Positions 15,001 through 25,940 of a stretch of 64,000 nucleotides of DNA are shown piece after piece. Positions within the stretch are counted from its first letter, which is position 1. The number at the start of each line of letters is the position of its first letter. The notes beneath the pieces were generated by a model. It saw only the letters and a list, made by a program, of their open reading frames with translations, was not told the origin of the DNA and searched no databases. Location of the stretch: assembly GCA_904063045.1 (NCBI GenBank), contig CAJFCJ010000004.1, positions 1,667,713 to 1,731,712 of the forward strand. The letters run 5' to 3'. Source of the stretch: Dimorphilus gyrociliatus. Taxonomy: Eukaryota > Animalia > Annelida. Both the position numbers and the translations under genes were made by a program.

Positions 15001-16717
15001 CTATTTGTAAAAAAAACGTGCATCTGCGATTCATTGCTTCTACGACCAATTTTCGACTTTTTCCCTTTAACCCTACGCATTTCCTTACTTGAAATGTCCA
15101 TTTTATCGGTGCATTTTAACGTTGCGGAACCGCCGTCGTACGATTTACATCTTTAAACCGTACAATCGGCACCGATTAGACACGTCGGACGATTTTTTAA
15201 AGTGTATATCTTAGCCGACGATAAGCGGCCTCATTCTTAAAACGAAACAATCGTACACAATGACAATGAAAAAGTTGAAATATAGGCCACGTAATACTAT
15301 CTATCACGCCATGTAGGATTAAGGCATCGGAGTGCGCTCTTTTAAAATTTCACTAGGAGGAGCCACCTTATCTCCTTTACGAACCTAGTAAAACGATATG
15401 CGATAGAATTATAGCGTAATTACGGTGCATCGATAAGAAAATTTCAAACAAACGCTATCTGATCAACGATAGAGTAGTTGAGGAGCGACACGGAGTTAGG
15501 CCTAAGTTGAAAAGGTGATCTATGGAGCTAGTATGACGTAATACAGGAATTTAATCTAAAAAAAGACGACGACGCGCGCCACCGCCGTACGCACCTGTTC
15601 ATTTACGAGCCTAGCATTCCATGAAATGTATACGAGCACGCGTCATTCTTTTTTTTCTTCATCTCTTTATTTTCCCTTTGAGGAGAGAAAATAATCGGCC
15701 ACCTGCCGCATCACAATCGAAATCTACGCATATTTTAATTTATTATTTTATATTTTATTTCTTTCTTTAAAATACTATTTTTTCTTTTTTCTAGGTCTTA
15801 ATAATTGCTTGTTTACGGGCTGGTAGACGAAACATCCCGTCGAGCTCGTAAGATTTATGCCCATTACGAGTATATGACAGGCTTTCTTGAGAGCAGGATG
15901 TCGGCTTGACCAGCAGTAGGCTTCCCAATTGTGATTTATAGACACGATATTTCTTTTTTTATATCCATCTCCAATGCTTGTGCTCTTTTTAATTCATTTT
16001 CTAATAGGTTCCATAATAGTTATTTTACAATTGTTGAACTGTTACGCGATCTTTGGTCCATAAATCCATTGTAGTCGGATCTACAGCAGAGTCGTTTCGG
16101 GGCGGAGCATCTGGTGAAAAATATTGACATAATGTTTTAATAATTAAAATGACTATTACCGGGCTGTTGCCCAGGATGAAATAAGCCGGCTATCAATTCA
16201 CGCGGAATAAATATAGTGGTAAGTTACATTCTTCGTATCCGTATCGAGAAGAACGTCGTTTAAAAGTCTCTCAATCAACAAGTGGCTACTATATGAAACG
16301 TCTCGTAAATCAATATAAAGTCGCTTTATAAGCTTTGATGTACAAGAATGGCGTCATTACGAATTGCTCAGCAATAATATACGTTCCTTATTGTTCGCCC
16401 CTTGCGGTATGTATTGTTGGAAACTTTTAAGTATTTCTCCACTTGAATAGCAAGATTTCTCTATTGAATTTATACATTCTCCCACGTTTTTTTTTACCTA
16501 TTCCTGGCAAGTTTTCGCTATTGAATGATGAAAAAAATCGTTGAGGCGCATCGAGAAGCGTACAATTAAGGAGAATGCACAGAGGCAAGCCATTTCAATA
16601 GGTTGCTTTATTTTTCCTTGGCCTCTTTCAATACACCTACGTATATACACTATTGTGGTACAAAGTTTTAATGGACAGACTATACAATTCTAAACCATTT
16701 TGTATACCAATATATAA

Positions 16718-16730
<13 letters not shown>

Positions 16731-16785
<55 letters not shown>

Positions 16786-16787
16786 TA
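16731..16787. repeat. Compound (TA)n(GA)n microsatellite
   Basis: Directly visible. Confidence 0.9.
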
Positions 16788-17761
16788 TATATGTTTTTAT
16801 ATCTATACATGCATCTATATACATTGTACAATATTACAATGTACTGTTTGTATAAAAAGAGATTTCTTCCATAGATATTTCAATGTTTATGACAAAGTTA
16901 CCTTCCATATGTACACTTCAATAAATCCCCTAAACTTTCGATTATTTATTACCTATTTATTATTTTATAACTAAACCAAGGACCAAACAGAGAGGGAAAC
17001 AGCAGGATATAACCGGTTTCACGCATGCACGCGCCCATTTTAAAACCACTACCGACTTTTTAATTCTTAGCCTCGAAATTTTATAGACGCCGTAGGCCTT
17101 AAAAGCGAGCCATTCTATTAAAATATTATCAACCATTCGTCAAATAATGATGGTAATTTTCGGTGCGTCCTTTAATTACATTCATCGTTAGACCTGGTCT
17201 TAATGTGTATGGGCCCTTCCATTTTCCTCTTTTCAACTTGAAAAGAGAGGGGGGTCTGAATGAAAAAGAAGTAAACTGCACTATTGATGCGCCCACACGC
17301 AATTCATTACTAGGCATTACGCAAGTACCCATCTGCCCTTAAGGACACGACCAGTGACGTCATCGTCTCTTCTCACGGTCGATGTCTCCCCACCTGCAGT
17401 GTGTACTCTGTCGTTAATTTTGTTAATTGGACGGTTTTAAACGCTTAACAAGTGCTGGCTTCAAAGTGTTATTGCCCAGGGCGAAAGATCGACTTAAAGT
17501 CGGCTTTATAACACTCTGACAGGAAGTTTTAAGGAATGTTTAAAATTTCTATTTAATACTTGAACATTGCGGTGTTGTAAATTAAATGGTTATTACGGCA
17601 CTATGCACAATTTCACCTTCACCCGTCCTTCAACTCCTTATTTAAAACTTTATAAATTTCTTTCGCGTTACAAATGATCGTACTTCAGCTATATAAGTTA
17701 CTTAACGAAGCGAAGAAGACAACTTTTGAAGAATTGTACCGAATATTTAGTAATATTTATT

Positions 17762-19063
17762 CTAAGGTAGGAATCTACGCGAATAGCTTTTTAATTTCAT
17801 CCGTACTTCCTCAAAATCTAAACCGAATTCTGTCATCGAATATTTGTGTCTTCCTCCTCCGTGCGCCTTTTGTTCAGCAACATACTCGATTAATTGTTTA
17901 CAATCGTTCTCATTCCAATTCTCTCCCAATTTCCGGTAAATACCCTTCATGGTTTCTGCAGGTTTTTTAGTTAGATCTTCGAACAAAACATCAATGAATC
18001 GTTCTGATTCGCCAGAGTGCCTCTCACGGAAATCCATTAGCATTTCAATACCTTTTTCCATGTGCTTCAAAAGTCGTTTACCTATTTCAACTTTATTGTT
18101 GTCACCATTTCTTTTATATTGTTTCGAAATGTTGCACACAAGGGATGAAATGGAATTCACAAGTTTGGGCGGATCACGATGAATAGTAATAAATTGGGCA
18201 TCAGGAAAAACTTGCAGAAGTGCCTCAGCATTCAAGCAGGGAAAATGAGTAACCCATAAAACTCTTTTACCCGCAATATCTTTCCGATGATAGTTAATCG
18301 TCTGAAAAGTTTGCTTTAATGTTGTGTAAATTCTACACCAATCATCCGTGGTTAATCCCTCATAAGTCCACTGAGCATAACTATCTAGTTCACTGCCCTT
18401 TAACAACTGAGGCAAAAAATTATGAACACCTTCACATTCCAAAAATATGGTCTCATCTTCCGGGTCGCGAGCGTTCACATCATGAGCAGCTTTCATATCC
18501 TCACCTGCTAATAAATGCGAATACTTGAGTTGCTTGGTCATTTCATCAATACGTTTGATTTCAGAAATAGTGAATGGAATATGGGGGGGTGGAGTGGGGA
18601 ACGATAATTGCCACGTTTCAGGTACCAACCATCGTTGGTCTTTTTGCATAGAACAATGTAGGAATGTGCTTGCCGTCCTCGGCATACTAACGATAAAAAC
18701 CGGTCTCGATATCTTTACGGCTAATATTTCGGGATTAGATTTCAAACACTCGACCAGATCTGCTCGGCGTCGTAAACCCTCTACTATCGATCTATGAAGT
18801 ATAAACCGACCCACAGTTGACACTTCCCGGCAGCTATTTAGAGCGGATACTAGTCTGGAAATGGATTCTATTACATGCTTCCCAACAATATCAGAATTTA
18901 GATAGGCTCGAGATTTATCAGGTAGACCCTTATAAACAGAATCGACTGTCAACGTAAATAATTGAACGCCAGTTATTCTCAACCAAAGGTCACCAAAAAG
19001 GTCTATAAAATTTCTGAAGATAATTAGAATCCAGAAAGCGGCAGTTGACATTCTTGCAATCAT
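17762..19063 (-). CDS. PAPS-dependent sulfotransferase (Sulfotransfer_3 / mycobacterial Stf-like), intronless CDS
   Basis: Single 433-codon ORF from ATG 19063. It has the 5'-PSB loop PVFIVSMPRTASTFLH, the 3'-PB motif FITIHRDP..LVNS, FIDVLFEDL, and a C-terminal HKYSMTEFGLD typical of this family. Confidence 0.85.
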   Translation of the reverse strand: MIARMSTAAFWILIIFRNFIDLFGDLWLRITGVQLFTLTVDSVYKGLPDKSRAYLNSDIVGKHVIESISRLVSALNSCREVSTVGRFILHRSIVEGLRRRADLVECLKSNPEILAVKISRPVFIVSMPRTASTFLHCSMQKDQRWLVPETWQLSFPTPPPHIPFTISEIKRIDEMTKQLKYSHLLAGEDMKAAHDVNARDPEDETIFLECEGVHNFLPQLLKGSELDSYAQWTYEGLTTDDWCRIYTTLKQTFQTINYHRKDIAGKRVLWVTHFPCLNAEALLQVFPDAQFITIHRDPPKLVNSISSLVCNISKQYKRNGDNNKVEIGKRLLKHMEKGIEMLMDFRERHSGESERFIDVLFEDLTKKPAETMKGIYRKLGENWNENDCKQLIEYVAEQKAHGGGRHKYSMTEFGLDFEEVRMKLKSYSRRFLP

Positions 19064-22000
19064 GGTCTTTATGTTCGCTTGAAACAAGTAAATCACATAG
19101 TGAAATATGTCTTTATACCAGTTTTCACCATAAACATGATGCTTTCTGTAAAGGCGTTATCATAGCTGAACCTCAACCATCAAAGCAACTTCCAAGAAGC
19201 CAGAGCGCCGTTCAACGTCAACGCTCTCTGTCTTTAAAGAATACATCAAAGTGTGATGTTAAGAAACATGGAGGGAGATATTTGTTAAAGAAGGTGATGG
19301 GTCGGGTGATAGGTCGAATGGATCCTCAAGTCTTGATGTCCGCACGTCTTATTGCACTAACATTTCAGGAAATTCTCCTTCAACCCTTTGTTCCTATGTT
19401 TTCTTTATTCTTTATTCGTTTACCAAGTTACGAAATTGAAATACCAAACTTAAACGAACGCATACTCGTCGATCGATCTTGCGTAAGCGATGCCAATTAA
19501 CAGAAGGCGGCTGCTAAAAGAACACACCTTCAGGCGTTCTACCGTTAAGTCGTCAGACTTAAAAGAGACCGCCTATTGTTTCGATAAATTGCCGACAAAC
19601 GGCGCCAAGCGTCGCTCTTATATCCTTCAAAGGGCCGGGTAGTTAACGAACGCTAATTGATCGAACGGAGACGTAAATTTGCTGCCGCTGTTTTTTACTT
19701 TCGCTTTTTTCACTTCATTCACGCCTATCTACACCTGGCTATCTCCGAAGGCCGGAGAGGAAAAGGAAATCACTACGATTCCTATAGTATATTTTCATCA
19801 TCAAACAAACGAAAGCCGGAGGAACGTGACAGTGCGAAACAGTTGTATCAACATTCACTATACAAGGCGGGCAATTTATACGCTTTCGATTTGAAAACAA
19901 AACGTTCCTTTTAAATTACTGTGGGAAGGGTAAAATCAGCGTTTGATGAGGAAAACGCTGTAAAGAGTATAGGGTAAAATGCAAACAAGACCAGATTTCG
20001 CCAATTTCCTTTGCACATTTCGCTACCCTTAGTTAAGCTTGTTTTTATTCGTTTCTTATAGGCCATCAACCGCCTCTAAGAGCTTGTCCCTAAACTAGGG
20101 ACAATATTTTTATAGAACTGCGTATTTAAGGCCTATCATCAAACCCGCTGCTATGGCTCGATCTTATCTGTCAAATATCAATGCTCGGATAGAATTCGAG
20201 GCACGTTCGAAACGCCTTTTTTGAGCGCAGCTTGCCCGACCATTTCAGCACATGAACCATATTGTTGAGATGCTGACCTGACGTAAACAGGATATGCACT
20301 AAGAATATTGACCGAAAAAAGCAAAGGGCATTTTATCCAGGCACTGCACTTTGGCTCAAACCATTTTACCCCATCAGTACGGTTGAATGTAAACATTGTA
20401 TATTATTTTATGTTTTACGGTCATAAAATTCCTATTGTCGTAATACGATATACCAAAAGTCGTATTCAGTGCTATAAGCGGTTAGCGGTAGAGCTTAAAA
20501 AGGGATACAAAGTAACTTAAGAGGAGGTAGGATGAAAGATTAGCGTACATAAACGCCTTATATGAGAAATTATACTAAAGAAGGTTATGATAAAATCTAC
20601 GACATATTGTTGAATGGGATAGTAGGTTTTGGGCGACTTGAATAGCGGCTGAACATCACGGCAACGAACAAATAGGTAGTTATTGTAAAAGCCCGTGCCG
20701 GCGCCGTTTTATTATTAATAAGATTGAGGAAGGAAAGTCGGCTTCAATCAGAAATGAGTTATTGATGTGACACGATTGTTTGTTCTCATTACAAAATTCG
20801 ATAGTCTCCTTCCTCAAAATGTTTATTTTCTTTTATGCTAATCGCCATATATTTCTAGTGATTAATAGTTGCCTCGAACTACGACTTGAGCGTTGTATAT
20901 ATAGTGCTTTGGGAATGTTAAGTGGAAGAGGGCGTAGTCAACACCGGGCCGAAAATCGGCGTCTTGAGGCGTCTAGGTATAGCGGTCGACTTAATGAACG
21001 TCGCTGCGGCGTGCAGCATATGGAATGTAACCGACCGACCTCGCTCGACGCCTTCGCCTTTAGCCTTTGACACCGCTGCCGCCTTTGAGCGAACGTCTTG
21101 CAACAGGCATCTACGGCAGCTTATCGCCTCTAATTTCCTTTCACCCCTTTACCCGGGCCCGCCATTTCCTTTTCCAAGTATAAGGCATAATGCATCAGGT
21201 ATGTCTACACGTGCAACTCTTTTGTAGCATTTGTAAAGAACATTCCCGCGACCTCCCTCCAACAATCTCCAAATCAAACAATCCTCTTATCGTCAACCTA
21301 AAAACTCTGATAAGATTGGGAAAGAAAAGTGACGCAATCGTTTCGCACAACTCGAGTAGTACCGACTACTTGACTGCAGCTATTGAGACGGGTTTACTAG
21401 GCAATTCGATAGCACTTATATAGTCTTATATAGCCGTCGTATACAGTCGGCGCATGCCTTTAAAGATTAATAGATGTGAATAGACAAAAAAAAGACGGTC
21501 AGGGGGGGACGGCTGACAGTCGTTAATTCCAGTTTTGTTGGGAAAAAAGTGGCGAAATGAACGAGATTAATGGGCGGAGAGGGTAGCGGTGAACGCTTTT
21601 CAACTCTTCTTTTTCTTCTTCCCTTTTATTCTATTATTTTGGCTTCCCTTTGTAGCGATATTGTATATAAATACATACCCTATGCGCTAAGCGTATACAC
21701 AATAAGGGCGCTATTTCGAGATGTTCAAGATATGAATCTTAAGAAAAAAAAGAATTGCTAGACGTCCCAATCACTCGCCGTATACATACTACGCTATTAG
21801 AGTGACGTAAACACTTACGTCATACGTAGTTTACTTGTTCGACGCTCAACAATTAAGAAATACCAATAATAGAAACATTCGGCATTCTTGTACAAATCAT
21901 GCAAAAAGAAAATAGTTGAGTTTACTAGGACAGATGTTATTCTATGTTTTTCAAAAGGCTTATTGCCGATTTCTTTTCAAATGCTATCACAATAAACCTT

Positions 22001-22705
22001 GTCACCCCAGCCATTATTGCGAAATGTAAATCTAACTACGTAGTAAGCGAAAATTGGGCAATTTTTTTTATCATTGAGGTTTTTTTTCTTCTTTCTCTTT
22101 CTCTACCTTCTTATTTACTTCTTCATTGTTCGTTGCTATTTCTCTACTATTAGTCTTTATATTTCTTTTTTAATCTAGTATCTCGCTTTAATTTCTTCTA
22201 AGGGTCATAAATAGAGTAAGACAAATAAAGATTTATTCAGTCTATCCTTTTTAACCCTTTCTTATATTTATGTCATTTCGTCGCTTGTGTTATAATTAAA
22301 CCCGCTTTACCCGTATCGGCTCATCGCCTGGCCGAAAGTAGAAGGTTTTTAATGGCCTTAATGTTCAACATGGCGACTTAATGTTCCCTCCCCATCTGAA
22401 CGACGTTTTTAAGGAATTTTTATTTTTTTTATAGAGATTTTCTAATGACTTAGATTGTCGAACTGAGAATTGCAACATTCGTCACATACTACAACTTATA
22501 CGATAAGACGGCGTATACATTCTTTCAATTTTCTTTTAACCGTACACTGTATCCTCTAAGCCGCTTACCATAATTACGAAATCCTATATTTATGTCTATA
22601 TATATTGATATAAATAGGTTTGCGCTAGATGGCGTTTAAGTTTAGGCAAGGGGTGATGGCTTATCTTGACAAAATGTCAGTTACGTAAAGGGATAAGGAC
22701 AGGTG

Positions 22706-25391
22706 TTATACTCTCTTTCTAAACAAACCTTGTAGGACGATTCCACTAGCGTTTATCAGGTAGATAAGGGATGTGTATGCTGCTCCAGATGATTTAGCGA
22801 CTGTTAGCTATAGAATACGTAGTGAAAAAAATGTATCGAATTGTTAAAAATTGTGTTGTATGAAAAAGAAATGATTACCATTCTGGATTCGGTGTCGACG
22901 TATTGAACGACAAGGCGAACATTAACACAGTGAGACCAGAAATTGCCAAATACCGGCGTCACATTCTTCCCACCGTCATCATCTTCTGTTGCATTTCTAG
23001 ACCGGAACCTAGTTGTAACTTGATTAGTGACCAGAATCTGCGGTGTTTTTTTTATACAGTGTATATGCATTTAATTGAAACAGGTGGCAAACATTCGCCA
23101 AACAATAGCTTAGGGAAATAATCGTGGGAAAAAAAACGGCGATCGAATCCTTCCTGGCAGCTTCTGGAATGTTTCGTTCGCACGTCATTCGGCAGTTACT
23201 AATTTAACGACCTATCGAATAACTGAACTGGTCGCTTAGAAAAATAAAATAGGAGAAAAGGGAATTTCGTAACATCATCTTGGAACTTCAATCAACGGTC
23301 AAGTTTTGAAACGGGCTGGGGCGGGTGTGAGAAAATTTTCGACGCCGGTATGGCACGTAAATTGATACGCGTTAATTAAGGGTAGTGAAACGACTAGGGC
23401 CAACGGTGACCTGCCAAAGGTTAAAATTAGTTTCAGGAATTGTGACAAACAGAAATCAGGCAAATGACGGCAGGTGCAGCGTTCATCACCCTACTGCTAA
23501 TACATTTTATTACGCGCGTCATTAGCCTCATAAGCAGCGGAATGCGAAGCGCGTATGTTTTTTTAAAACCGGCTGACAGTAATCGAAGCAATTCCCGACA
23601 TGACCTTACCGTAGAATTATTTCTCACGCGACAGAATTTACTACATGGAGAGAGAGAGTGAGTGAGGGAGAAAGAAAACGAAAGTGGGAGAAAACGGTAA
23701 AGACCAAATTAACTCGTAATTCTTCTTGTGGGAAAAAAGAAAGCAGAGCGTTTACAAACAATTTGAAACAAGTGCGATAAAGAGTGCTAGGAAAGGATAA
23801 TTCAACTTTCTTCCTTTTGATGTGTTGCAACACCACACCCTTTTCTGCTTTCTATCCCAGCGATAAGAGTTGGGTACAATACTGGGCACTAAAAAGTAAA
23901 GCCCTGCGGCTCGCTGATTTTTATTCTAATCAAGTCGACCAAGTCCAACCCCCCTCTCTTCCGATCGGCGCCAGATAGGACGAAACGTGAAAATAAACGT
24001 CCACCGTGTAACTATCAAGGGAATCGGGGAAGAAAACAGGTGTGCGAGATGGCGTTAATGGCGCGCGAAGATAGCGAAAACTCGCTAAGTGATAAGCGAT
24101 ATCTGGCGTCAAAGGCTTAGTGATGGCGAGTTTTTCATTGGGAAACGTTTAAAAGAATACTCTGTTTCCCCAAGGCCTTTTTAACACCCATCTAGTAGAT
24201 TTTTTAATCAAAAATAATTTTTGATTAACGACCTAGGCTTAATGGCTATTTCTTTACAAAGCCCCAACACTTTACAAACAAACAAGTCATTGCAAAATGA
24301 CCGGGAACAAGCAGTGCGCCCCTTAAATGTTGCGTGACGATGATAATTCTTGAAAAACGATCGAAACAGATGTTTAGCAGTATAAGGGTGAGCGAAGGAG
24401 GGGTGGGGTTTGCCGCTGATAAGACTTTCTCAGCTTTACGCTAATTAAGCATCATTTCGAAATTAATGAGCGCCACTTACCGCTATGCGCAAACTTTCGG
24501 CTATACTTTTCAACGTGGATGCCAATTTCATTAAGATTCCATACCGAGTATCGTCCTCTTTTCTAATAGGAGAAGCCACGGAATCTATTATGAGTAGGCG
24601 GACGTTCCTTTCGATAATCTCCTCCTCGAGATGATCAATTCTGCATTGTATGATAGGTAACGCCATCTACTGTATAGGGCAATTACTACAAATACCACTA
24701 ACCGTTCTTGTAAACTTTCAACAGAACTTTCTTTGACAATTATAATATGGCTTAATATTTTCTTGGCCAATTCTGAATTTTCATTTGTCCTATTTTCGGC
24801 AATTTCGAGTAACCTATAGCAGTTAACGGCTCCTTCAGTGTCAATATAATAGACGGAACAGTCGGGGTCTGCTTTGGCAACTGCTACAGATATAGTCATA
24901 CAAAATTGGGTTTTACCACATCCAGCTGGTCCAGATATCTATATTATGATGATGTTATCGTTATCTCTCTTTAAGTTTATTTTTTAGCTTAAATAGAAAA
25001 AAAAAATAAGTTTATCTAAATGTTTTGTAGACACTCACTTCAGTTAGACTACCAATTTTCAATCCTTTTATTAAGTGATCTACTTTCTCTAAGGATGTAG
25101 ATAGATAATCATTTTCAGTTTTTAAAAGATCTAATACTTTAACAACTGGAGGACGGCATTTTTCAGATATCTTTTTAATTATTTCATCGGCCGTACTTAA
25201 ACTACAGTCAATATAATTGGCTAAATGTACTGCATTTGGCGATGAAAGAACATCCTATAAAAGTGAAGCGTAAAAATGTCATCCTTTAATTATATCCTTT
25301 AGCTTACGCTGCATTTATTAAAACCTCGCTTCTTTAATTTTTCAATTAAAATCTCGTCTTTAATTATAGTGTCAACGTCTCTATGAGCCAT
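22706..25391 (-). CDS. RAD51B: RAD51 paralog B
   Basis: Exons 25391-~25308, ~25256-25041, ~24940-24707, ~24643-24481, 23037-~22879, ~22812-22706. Motifs GSLTE|ISGPAGCGKTQFC, YYIDTEGA, LEEEII..VRLLIIDSVAS, ILVTNQVTT, GNFWSHCVNVRLVVQY, VAKSSGAAYTSLIYLINASGIVLQ match human RAD51B, with mostly shared intron positions. Confidence 0.92.
23123..23734. promoter_or_regulatory. Cluster of four Su(H)/CSL-type YGTGRGAA motifs in the long RAD51B intron
   Basis: CGTGGGAA 23123, TGTGAGAA 23326, TTCTCACG (reverse) 23621, TGTGGGAA 23727. Confidence 0.4.
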
Positions 25392-25940
25392 AGCTTTAAA
25401 AAGGTGCCGATATTGTCGCTCTAGTCAATAGTAGTTAGCACGTTTCTTTTTAGTCCGTACTTTGATGTATAAGATTTTTTTCAGTTTTGTTAAGTTGTTA
25501 TCCGTTCAATTTAATTATAGACGATTGCTGAAGAATGTTAATCCTTTTAATATTGAGTTTTTCTGTTAGATAACTTTTTTTACCGCGATTATAAAAGAAA
25601 AATATACAATCGTTTTTATAAAAAGTTTAAAGTTTCAATTGTATGTGGTTCATCTCTAATTTTATTTTTTGACATTCCTAAGAGGGATTGGATTCCATAC
25701 TATGACGTTAGGTATGGTGACTTATTGTTCAACTACAATTACTTTATCATTTTTTACGTGGAACTTGTAACCGTATCTTTTGGCGCTAAATGTGCTAGAC
25801 TATTTGAAAAATGTGAGCGCAGCAGGAACTGTATATTTTGCTTTTAATGGTTCGCTGTAAAAATATAGTGAGGCTTGTGTTCCAATTTTTCTTAACGGGA
25901 AACCGTACAAAACAACTGGCAGACGACGTTGAAAACGACC

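Noticed and set aside
19045-19500. 151-aa plus-strand ORF upstream of the sulfotransferase
   Set aside because: Overlaps the sulfotransferase start antisense, uses a non-ATG start, has no recognisable motif and no consistent splice partners.
21021-21030. TGGAATGTAA matching the first 10 nt of miR-1
   Set aside because: The sequence diverges afterwards and no pre-miRNA hairpin is evident.
21950-22070. Minus-strand frame KNCPIFAYYVVRFTFRNNGW as RAD51B last exon
   Set aside because: No splice acceptor; the exon at ~22812-22706 matches human RAD51B far better.
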